Virus record (IMG/VR): IMGVR_UViG_3300033571_022960
Location: 32,001-96,000 of that record
Length of the DNA: 64,000 nt
Strand: one strand, 5' to 3'
Origin: a virus
Shown one piece after another: positions 56,463 to 64,000 of the stretch (within the stretch, counting starts at the first letter, position 1; every line of letters starts with the position of its first letter). The notes beneath the pieces are model-generated. The model saw nothing but the letters and a program-made list of their open reading frames with translations, ran no database searches and was not told the origin of the DNA. A program made the translations under genes and the position numbers.

Positions 56463-57619
56463 TGAAAATTAATATAAATAATTTAAAAATAACACCAAAA
56501 AATTTAGTAAATAAATTTCAATTATCGGTTTTTAATCCTGATGATGAGATTTTAGAATGGGTAAAATATCACAATTTTCAGAATAATTCTGATAAAGGGT
56601 TTTTAAATATTGAAATAAATAAACCTTTAGAAGAATTATTTTTAGAATTACCACATTTTAGTTATATTGATGGTTTTTCACCAAATCTCAATAAAAAATT
56701 ACATATAGGACATTTTTCCAATTTTGTTATTGCAAAAAGTTTTGTTAATTTAGATATTGCAGAAAATCTAATTTCTATTTATGGTGATACATTAGAAGGA
56801 TTATCAAAAGAAGAATCTTTAGTAAATTTAAGAAAATATCAAGAACTTTTTAATTTTAAACCTCAAAAAGAATTTTTTGCATCAGAAATGAATTATTCTG
56901 ATTTATTAAAAGAAGGTGATGGTGATTATAAAGGTTGTAAAATATTTGATATTGATGGAGAAAAAATTGTTGGTATAAAAAGTAATGGTAATTCTTCTTA
57001 TTTTTATCAAGATGTTGCACTTGCAAGTATTCTGAATAAACCAACCATTTATTTAACTGGTCATGAACAAACTAATCATTTTAATTCATTAAAAAAATTA
57101 TTTCCATATATTCATCATATTGGTTTAGGTTTAGTTAAAGTATCAGGTAAAAAAATGAGTTCTCGTGAGGGTAATGTTTTATTAATGGAAGAAATTTTAG
57201 ATATTATTTATAATGAATTTAATGATTATGAATTAACTTATAATATATTTGCAGGTAACATATTAAAATCAAATCCAGAATCTGATAAAAACATTGATTT
57301 AAATTTATTGTCAAATCCAAAAAATAGTTTAGGTTTATATATTTCTTATACAACTGCACGTCTAATATCCGCTGGTTGTGATTTAAATTATAATTTAAAT
57401 GATGAAGAATTGGAATTTTTATTATATAAATCAAAATTTAATTTAAAACCAAATATACTTTTTAATGGTTTGGTTGATTATTGTAAAATGGTTAATTTAA
57501 AATATTCTGAATTAAAAATAAAGGATAATCCTGATAATAAAAAATTATTTGAAAATTATTTGGGTAATATAAATTATTGTTTACAAATATTAGGTTTATT
57601 TTTGATTAAAAAAGTATGA
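56459..57619 (+). CDS. compact arginyl-tRNA synthetase-like protein
   Basis: GFLN, SPNLNKKLHIGH (HIGH), TGHEQ..HF, KMSSREGN, YISYTTARL; 386 aa. Confidence 0.8.
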   Translation: MMKININNLKITPKNLVNKFQLSVFNPDDEILEWVKYHNFQNNSDKGFLNIEINKPLEELFLELPHFSYIDGFSPNLNKKLHIGHFSNFVIAKSFVNLDIAENLISIYGDTLEGLSKEESLVNLRKYQELFNFKPQKEFFASEMNYSDLLKEGDGDYKGCKIFDIDGEKIVGIKSNGNSSYFYQDVALASILNKPTIYLTGHEQTNHFNSLKKLFPYIHHIGLGLVKVSGKKMSSREGNVLLMEEILDIIYNEFNDYELTYNIFAGNILKSNPESDKNIDLNLLSNPKNSLGLYISYTTARLISAGCDLNYNLNDEELEFLLYKSKFNLKPNILFNGLVDYCKMVNLKYSELKIKDNPDNKKLFENYLGNINYCLQILGLFLIKKV

Positions 57620-57652
57620 TACCAAAAAATTTATCAGAAAAGAAAAAAATTT

Positions 57653-58262
57653 ATGAACACACTATTCACAGTAGAAGAACTAAAAAAAGAAAATAAAACA
57701 CTTTATGATTTGATTCATAAACCCAGATTTACTTTAAAGGAAAATAAAAAAATAAGAAACTATTCAGTCAAAGTTTTCATACTGAATAATAAAATAATAT
57801 TTAAATTTAAAGAAGATGATGAAATTAGTGGTACAGTTGATGAATTAAAAAAAAATATATAATCTTGCAAAGGATTTTAATTTTCCCTTTGGTACATCAA
57901 AATACGGTTGTCATGTTGTATATGGTGAAAAAAAATCATCCATTAATTATATAAATATTACAAAACCAACTGAATTTAATGATGAAGAAAATACCACAGT
58001 AAACATTGATGATTTACCACTTTCTTTAAATGAAATGGAAAGAATTATTAATGAATGTGAAAAAAAGTATTTATTAAAAATAAAAATACCTAAAAATTAT
58101 ACTATAAATAATAAACCTGTTTTTATTTTTATAAATACAATTATTAATTGGCAACAAGTTTCAATAGAAAATAATAAGTATTATCATTTCTCAATACCTG
58201 ATGGTTTGCAAGATGGTTTATTGAGAAAGGAATGTAATTTGGATGAAATTTTGGTTTTTTAA
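57653..58262 (+). CDS. hypothetical protein split by a +1 frameshift at an A9 run (57847-57855)
   Basis: ORF 57653-57862, plus a second frame open from 57849 to 58262. Confidence 0.55.
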
Positions 58263-58294
58263 TTTGACTTTCTAAAAAATTTTATTTAAATTGT
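58263..58294 (+). promoter_or_regulatory. Bacteroidota-type promoter, near-leaderless
   Basis: TTTG-N20-TAAATTGT-N4-ATG. Confidence 0.5.
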
Positions 58295-58298
58295 AATT

Positions 58299-58502
58299 AT
58301 GAAAACATTAGATTTTGAAGAACTTTTAACCAAAGTTCCTGACTTAAAAGAAAAGATTGGGGAAAATGGTTTTAATGATGTTAAAAATTCACAACCACAT
58401 TATAAATGTTTGGGTAAATGTGAAAGAGAATTTATTTCTGAAACCAAAGAAGAAACAAATATAATGTTTTGTTTTTCTTGTCAAAGAATAATGGAAGTAT
58501 GA
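58299..58502 (+). CDS. small Zn-ribbon protein
   Basis: CLGKC..CFSC. Confidence 0.55.
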   Translation: MKTLDFEELLTKVPDLKEKIGENGFNDVKNSQPHYKCLGKCEREFISETKEETNIMFCFSCQRIMEV

Positions 58503-58837
58503 CATTAAATAAAACATTAATAAATTTAAAATATTCAAAAAACAGTTTTTTCAATTTAGAAAAAATTAAAGACGTATATATTAATATAGATTTGTTTAAA
58601 GAAAATGTTGCATTTAAATTATATACTCTCTATGGGTATGGTCGGTCTTTTGAGAATTATAAAGAAAATAGGTTTATAAATAAAAATAAATTCATTTATT
58701 ATAAATATTACCATCAAAAACCTGTTAGGGGTATTATTTATTATTACCAATCTAAAACGAACTATTTTCATATTATTACTAATTTAGAAGAATACAATGA
58801 ATTATATACTAATAAAAGTTTATTAATTTTAAGATAA
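58499..58837 (+). CDS. MxLxKT-family small protein
   Basis: MTLNKTLINLKYSKNSFFN..VYINIDLFKEN. Confidence 0.7.
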   Translation: MTLNKTLINLKYSKNSFFNLEKIKDVYINIDLFKENVAFKLYTLYGYGRSFENYKENRFINKNKFIYYKYYHQKPVRGIIYYYQSKTNYFHIITNLEEYNELYTNKSLLILR

Positions 58838-58849
58838 AATAATAAAAAA

Positions 58850-59266
58850 ATGAAAACAAAATTTAACGAAGATTTAAAATCCGCAATGAAGGAAAAAAAT
58901 ACTATTAAAACCCAAACAATCAGGGGTATTTTAACCGAGATTATGAAAGTAGAAAAAACAAATGGTTCTGAAATAACAGAAGATAAATTGAATTCACTTC
59001 TAAAGAAATTATATTCACAAAGGGAAGAATCTGCAAAGATTTATAAATCATCAAACAGAATGGATTTATTTGAAAAAGAAAATGCAGAACTATTAATTCT
59101 TAAAGAATATCTTCCTAAAGAAATTCCTTTTGATGAACAAAAAACTTTTGTTGATAATTTACTTGCAGAAAAAGGATTAAAACCATCTGATATGGGTTCA
59201 ATAATGAAATTGATTCCAAATAATTACAATAAAAAATTAATTTCTGAATACTTAAAAAGTTTGTAA
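58850..59266 (+). CDS. GatB/YqeY domain protein
   Basis: DLKSAMKEK..REESAKIYK..R.DL.EKE..EL.ILKEYLP..DMGSIM. Confidence 0.85.
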   Translation: MKTKFNEDLKSAMKEKNTIKTQTIRGILTEIMKVEKTNGSEITEDKLNSLLKKLYSQREESAKIYKSSNRMDLFEKENAELLILKEYLPKEIPFDEQKTFVDNLLAEKGLKPSDMGSIMKLIPNNYNKKLISEYLKSL

Positions 59267-59565
59267 TGAAAAAAGAACTTATAAAAAGTGAATTAAAAGG
59301 TATATTAGGTTATGGTGTTTCATACGATGAAATTCTAATTGTATTGAATGAATTGATTAGTGAAGAAAAACAGAAAATTAAAGAAAAAATTTATGTTATA
59401 GATTTGGAAGGTGATATTATATTCAATGGAACATTTAAAGAATGTGAAAAATTTATAAAAAAAAATATAATAATGGAAAAAAATAAAAAAGAATATGGTC
59501 TATCAACACCTACTGAATCTAATATAGTCTTATATTATAGTTCAGAATTTTCACATCTTTTTTAA
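59266..59565 (+). CDS. hypothetical protein
   Basis: 99 aa. Confidence 0.5.
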   Translation: MKKELIKSELKGILGYGVSYDEILIVLNELISEEKQKIKEKIYVIDLEGDIIFNGTFKECEKFIKKNIIMEKNKKEYGLSTPTESNIVLYYSSEFSHLF

Positions 59566-59664
59566 AGATTTTCACAACAAAATTCAAAAATTCACATAAA
59601 ACTAAAGAAGCATTTAAAGAAGGCAAAAGATAAAAAAAATAAATTAACAAAAACTTAGATAAAA

Positions 59665-59970
59665 ATGAAAAAATTCAATAAAGAAGATTTGCAAAATGCA
59701 CTTAATATAATACAAGATAACCAAAATCCTGTATTAAGTTATTTTTCTGAATTAATTAATGAAGAAATAGAACTTTTAGAAAGGGGTAAATTTGTAAAGG
59801 CAAGTAAAGAATATTTAAAAAATCTTACTTATAATGATATATCTTTTAGATTGTTAGAAAAAACTGATTATGGTTATTATCCTGGAATGTATGGAATGTT
59901 TGAAAGAAAAACAGGAAAGTTACTTGCAAGACATACAGATTTAGGTATGTTACCCATGTTACCCAAATAA
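59665..59970 (+). CDS. hypothetical protein
   Basis: 101 aa. Confidence 0.55.
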   Translation: MKKFNKEDLQNALNIIQDNQNPVLSYFSELINEEIELLERGKFVKASKEYLKNLTYNDISFRLLEKTDYGYYPGMYGMFERKTGKLLARHTDLGMLPMLPK

Positions 59971-60032
59971 ATAAAAAATAATTTTAGAAATAAAAGATAA
60001 AGAATCATTTAAAGAAGATAAAAAATAAAACT

Positions 60033-60302
60033 ATGACAACAGCACAAATAATAATACTAATCATTATGGGGTTAGGAGTTTTAATAGGATATATTAAAAC
60101 AATGTTATCAAAAAATGATATTGAAAAATTCTTATGGGGAATTTTACAATTATTTTTTACTTCATTATTTATTTTAATTACAATAATAATGACTCTTTCT
60201 TATGAAGAATTATTAAAAGAAAAAAATAAATGTCCAGAATATGAAAAAATTGAATGTCCAGAATATGAAAAAATTGAAAATGTTTATATTTTAAAGAAAT
60301 AG
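60033..60302 (+). CDS. small membrane protein with a 24-bp tandem duplication
   Basis: Two transmembrane segments; CPEYEKIE twice (60231-60278). Confidence 0.6.
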   Translation: MTTAQIIILIIMGLGVLIGYIKTMLSKNDIEKFLWGILQLFFTSLFILITIIMTLSYEELLKEKNKCPEYEKIECPEYEKIENVYILKK

Positions 60303-60333
60303 TAAAATTGAGATAAAATGAGTAGAACATTTA

Positions 60334-60528
60334 ATGAACATAGAAATTGTATTGGTCTTGCCAAACCTCACCAAAGGAAAAAATGGTATTATTGGTAAAA
60401 AGTGTAATAGAACTGAAAGAAAAATGAAACCAATGATTGGAGAATGGGCTAAAAAAGAATTTATTATAACTACCTTGAGTGATAATAGCAATAAAAACTT
60501 TTCATTTATGATAATGAAAATAAACTAA
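60334..60528 (+). CDS. hypothetical protein
   Basis: 64 aa; boundaries uncertain. Confidence 0.35.
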   Translation: MNIEIVLVLPNLTKGKNGIIGKKCNRTERKMKPMIGEWAKKEFIITTLSDNSNKNFSFMIMKIN

Positions 60529-60613
60529 AAATACGCATGCCAAAAGAATTTAAAGATGATAAAGATTTTTTAGAATTGGTTGATTGGGAAATGGATTTAC
60601 AAAAAGATGGTTT

Positions 60614-61072
60614 ATGAAAAAAGAAATTGAAATAGAAAGGAAATTTTTACTAAAAGACAAATCCATAATAAAGTCTGCAGATTATAGTTATGATATTGTT
60701 CAGTTTTATTTAACTGATAATTTAAGATTTCGCAAAGATAAAGATGGATTTCGTTTTGAATTAAAAAGAAGAAAACAGAATTTTAATATTGAAAAAAGTT
60801 TAATTCTTAATGAAAAAATTGGTGGAATTATATTTTCATTATTAAATTTTTTAATAAAAAGAAAGATACACAAAAAACGTCATATAATCAATTTTAATAA
60901 CTTTAAATATGAAATTGATGAATTTATTAGTCATGATATTTTTTTGGTGGAAATTGAATTTAAAACATTGTATAAAATGTATCATTTTCTTTCTATGGAA
61001 AAACCTATTTGGTTGGGTTCAGATGTAACAGATAATCCAAATTACTTTAATTCAAATATATCAAAAATATGA
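60614..61072 (+). CDS. CYTH-domain (triphosphate tunnel metalloenzyme) protein
   Basis: EIERKFL, KYEIDEF, LVEIEF, WLGSDVT.NP.Y.N. Confidence 0.85.
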   Translation: MKKEIEIERKFLLKDKSIIKSADYSYDIVQFYLTDNLRFRKDKDGFRFELKRRKQNFNIEKSLILNEKIGGIIFSLLNFLIKRKIHKKRHIINFNNFKYEIDEFISHDIFLVEIEFKTLYKMYHFLSMEKPIWLGSDVTDNPNYFNSNISKI

Positions 61073-61368
61073 AAAAATTAGAAATAAGTGACTTAGAAAT
61101 AAGAGAAATAGAAATACCTTCACCGATAGAAAATTTAAAGGTGGGTGATGATTTTTTTTATAAAGGACAATATAAGAATGGATATGAAGAAGGTATTTCT
61201 AAAATAAAACGATTTTATAAAGAAGTACCTTTTTGGGATGGGGTAGAACGGAAAGTTAGAAAAAATGAAGGTGGACATCCAGTTTGGATGGAATTAGAAA
61301 ATCGTAAAATAGTTTTATTGGGTTATATAGAATATAAAGGTATAAGAATATTAGAAAAATATCTTTAA
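61069..61368 (+). CDS. hypothetical protein
   Basis: 99 aa. Confidence 0.5.
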   Translation: MKKLEISDLEIREIEIPSPIENLKVGDDFFYKGQYKNGYEEGISKIKRFYKEVPFWDGVERKVRKNEGGHPVWMELENRKIVLLGYIEYKGIRILEKYL

Positions 61369-61907
61369 ACATATTTCTTAATAACCTTCGCAAGTTCTTT
61401 TGCAAGTTTAACCTTATTTTTTTGATATTTTTCCATATCATCCTTATTGGAAATAAAACAAAGTTCTGGTAGAATGTTATGTCCTGTTATTCTAAAAAAT
61501 CCTAGAGTTCTACCCAAATCCCCATCGGTTTTTACACCACGATTTCTTGTTCCCAATACATTTGCAATAGTATCATTTATTTCTTTACCCAAATTCTTCT
61601 CTAGATGGCTACCATTATTAGGTATAATAACTTCTGAACCATTACTATCAGGATTAGAAGAACTATTCATGTGTAAATCAATAACAATATCATTATTAGT
61701 GGTTAATCTCCTAAAATAATTAATAGTATCTTGCAAAATACTATCATTTTTATCTAAAGAAGGGCACACACCAATTTCTTGTAATTCACGATTTAAAAGA
61801 TTTCTAAATTCCACCATTAATACCCCTTCTGTACCAAACCTACTAACTGCACCATTGTCTCTTCCCTTTTTATCACTATGACCTGCACTAATATAAACTC
61901 TTCTCAT
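61365..61907 (-). CDS. N-acetylmuramoyl-L-alanine amidase (Amidase_3), probable endolysin
   Basis: VYISAGH, GTEG, IDLHMN, GSEV, ILPELCFISN; minus-strand ATATTTAT at 61921-61928. Confidence 0.9.
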   Translation of the reverse strand: MRRVYISAGHSDKKGRDNGAVSRFGTEGVLMVEFRNLLNRELQEIGVCPSLDKNDSILQDTINYFRRLTTNNDIVIDLHMNSSSNPDSNGSEVIIPNNGSHLEKNLGKEINDTIANVLGTRNRGVKTDGDLGRTLGFFRITGHNILPELCFISNKDDMEKYQKNKVKLAKELAKVIKKYV

Positions 61908-61995
61908 AATATTTTTATTAATAAATATCAATGCAAAAATAAAATAAAATTGAAAAATTCATTTTTTTTATTTACTTTTCTAAAAAATCATTTTT

Positions 61996-63171
61996 ATGAC
62001 AAAAACAACAACTGAAAAAATTGTAAAAAAGAAATTAACTTATTCAACAAGATTTGGTGAATTATTAAATACTATTTCAGAAAAATCCCCTATCGTAAAA
62101 AAATTAATTAATTCAGAAGTACCTGAAACATTTAATTTCAACTATATTGATATTACTGATAACAATGATGTTTTAACATTTATAAGAAATAATAGGGTAG
62201 AACAAATTAAAGAAGAAAAAACAATTTATATTAATTTATCTGCAAAAGGTTTTCAGAAAAAACCATCTATTTTCAGAAAATTAAAATTTAAAACTGATGA
62301 AAAAGGAAATTTTTTAATAGGAACTCCCGAAGATAGAAAATTAAGACAAAAACAAATTGATGAAGGGGTTGAAGAAAAAGATTTAAAAAAATTGGTTCCA
62401 GCAAAAGGATTACAAGGAAAAGTTGGTGGTTATTGTCCTCATCCTGATTTTGAGGCACATCCAAATACAATCCTTTGTAAATTTATTGATGAAAAAGGAA
62501 ATGAATATTTAGTTTCTAAGGCAAATTTAAAAGAACAATTTTCAGAACAAGAATTTTATAAAGGTTCTGGTCGTGTTGAAGTAAAAGTTGGTAAATTCTT
62601 CCAATCCCTATTTTTGGAATTAAAAATTGATGTAAAAGATAAAGAAATTGAGGATTTGGTTAACAACTTTAAAACAACAATGGATATTTTAAAAGACCAA
62701 TTAAAACTTTTTAGAATTATAGAAGGGAAGGATATTAAAGAAATTGGTTATCAAAGAAACAATTATGCCAAAAATGCAGGAACTTTATCACAAAGTTGTA
62801 TGACTAATGGTGATGATAATGGAACAAGAAGTTGTGATTTATATGTTAAAAATCCTGAATCAGTTAGATTAATTGTTTTAAAAGATATAAAAGATGAAAA
62901 CAAAATAAGGGGTAGGGCACTTCTTTGGAAATCTGATGAAGGGGAATATTATATGGATAGAGTTTATACTCAAGAACCTGCACTTGAGGGTTTATTTAGA
63001 GAATTGGCAAAAAAGGCAGGTTATTTATCCCATTTTGATTGGCAAAAAAGAGAATATAATGATAAAAAATTTAATATTACTCTAAAAAATAAATATAACG
63101 GTAATCCATTTTTAGATTCAATGGATTATGTTAATGGTGATGTTTTACATTTAAAATTAAAAAGAGTTTAA
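61996..63171 (+). CDS. conserved hypothetical phage protein
   Basis: GTLSQSCM..RGRALLW..YMDRVYT..PFLDSM; promoter ATTG-N20-TACTTTTC at 61949-61980. Confidence 0.55.
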   Translation: MTKTTTEKIVKKKLTYSTRFGELLNTISEKSPIVKKLINSEVPETFNFNYIDITDNNDVLTFIRNNRVEQIKEEKTIYINLSAKGFQKKPSIFRKLKFKTDEKGNFLIGTPEDRKLRQKQIDEGVEEKDLKKLVPAKGLQGKVGGYCPHPDFEAHPNTILCKFIDEKGNEYLVSKANLKEQFSEQEFYKGSGRVEVKVGKFFQSLFLELKIDVKDKEIEDLVNNFKTTMDILKDQLKLFRIIEGKDIKEIGYQRNNYAKNAGTLSQSCMTNGDDNGTRSCDLYVKNPESVRLIVLKDIKDENKIRGRALLWKSDEGEYYMDRVYTQEPALEGLFRELAKKAGYLSHFDWQKREYNDKKFNITLKNKYNGNPFLDSMDYVNGDVLHLKLKRV

Positions 63172-63177
63172 ATTGCA

Positions 63178-63209
63178 TTTACTTTTTTAAAAAATTTTCA
63201 TTAAATTTA
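63178..63209 (+). promoter_or_regulatory. Bacteroidota-type promoter, near-leaderless
   Basis: TTTA-N20-TAAATTTA-N4-ATG. Confidence 0.5.
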
Positions 63210-63213
63210 CAAA

Positions 63214-64000
63214 ATGATAACAACAAGAAAAATAAAGAATTTAGTAGGTGTTAATTTAACCCCACCCCAAGATTGGATTAAACGTTTTAAAAGTGTTCTT
63301 CAAATTCAATCAAAAAGTGGAAAGGAAGAATCAATGATTAAATTCATTGAAAATGAATTATCTAATATTCCTGGTGTTAAATTTCACACTAAGGATAATA
63401 ATATATATGTAACAAAAAACACAAAAAAAGTTAAAGATTTAATTTATCCTTGTATGGTTGCTCATACTGACACCGTACATGAAATTATTGAATCTTATCA
63501 CATTTTAAGATATGATAACATATTTTTTGCATGGGATGGTAAAAACAATAAACAATGGGGTACTGGTGGTGATGATAAGTGTGGTATATTTGTTACCCTT
63601 GAATTATTAAGAATAATACCAAACATGAAGGCATGTTTCTTTTATTCAGAAGAAATAGGTTGTATTGGTTCAGGTAAGGCAGATTTGGATTTCTTTAAAG
63701 ATTGTGGGTTCATTCTGCAAGTGGATAGAAAAGGTAATGAAGATTTTTGTACTTCGTATTCAGGAGATAAAATGGTATCAAAAGAATATTCTGACACAGT
63801 TGCAAATACTATTAAAAAATATGGCTACTCTGAATCTTGGGGTGGCTCAACTGATGTGTTTAAATTAAAAAATCGTGGTTTAGAATTATGTGTATCAAAT
63901 ATGAGTTCTGGATATTATGACCCACATTCAAATAATGAAACTATTAATATAGAAGATGTTTGGGTGGTTTTTCAAATGTGTTCAGAATTATTTTATATCT
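63214..64000 (+). CDS. M20/M28-family zinc peptidase (runs off the window; absent from the ORF track)
   Basis: Open to the window end: MVAHTDTVH, GGDDKCG, SEEIGCIG, QVDRKG, GGSTDV, NMSSGYYDPH. Confidence 0.85.
   Translation, partial: MITTRKIKNLVGVNLTPPQDWIKRFKSVLQIQSKSGKEESMIKFIENELSNIPGVKFHTKDNNIYVTKNTKKVKDLIYPCMVAHTDTVHEIIESYHILRYDNIFFAWDGKNNKQWGTGGDDKCGIFVTLELLRIIPNMKACFFYSEEIGCIGSGKADLDFFKDCGFILQVDRKGNEDFCTSYSGDKMVSKEYSDTVANTIKKYGYSESWGGSTDVFKLKNRGLELCVSNMSSGYYDPHSNNETINIEDVWVVFQMCSELFYI

Noticed and set aside
1-64000. Stop-codon reassignment (code 15 or 4) as in some large Bacteroidota phages
   Set aside because: Long conserved genes (PolB, NrdA, capsid, helicase) are uninterrupted in code 11, and TAG/TGA terminate genes next to downstream starts. 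The TGA ending the AlaRS-like gene is followed by TAA four codons later.
1-64000. tRNA, rRNA, IS/transposase or integrase genes
   Set aside because: No cloverleaf/T-loop-like GC-rich segments and no DDE or tyrosine-recombinase motifs were recognised by eye. A tRNAscan and HMM run would be needed to exclude them fully.

Overview
This is a very AT-rich segment of a large T4-like tailed-phage genome in the standard genetic code. TTTG-N~20-TAnnTTTG-type promoters point to a Bacteroidota host (inference). The window carries the replication core (PolB, gp32-like SSB, RecA/UvsX, 5'-3' exonuclease, DnaB-like helicase) and nucleotide metabolism genes (thioredoxin, NrdB, NrdA, ThyA, dNMP kinase, MazG-like, CYTH, phosphoesterase). 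It also has head and tail genes (gp23-like major capsid protein, scaffold, gp19-like tube), an amidase, several DNA methyltransferases, a Mom-like modifier and two compact aminoacyl-tRNA-synthetase-like genes. Two things stand out. (1) At 2.2-4.0 kb, single-gene units are separated by attC-like hairpins. Each unit's two ends are complementary to each other across the G|TT core, the signature of an integron-type cassette array. No integrase is in the window, and one cassette carries a phage late-promoter motif. (2) About 12 small paralogous ORFs share an N-terminal MxLxKTLxNLKKS..FFN module with divergent remainders. Two copies of a two-gene unit form a 69-bp perfect plus 99-bp near-perfect inverted repeat around a ~5 kb segment. 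All protein calls come from motif recognition by eye; no database searches were run.
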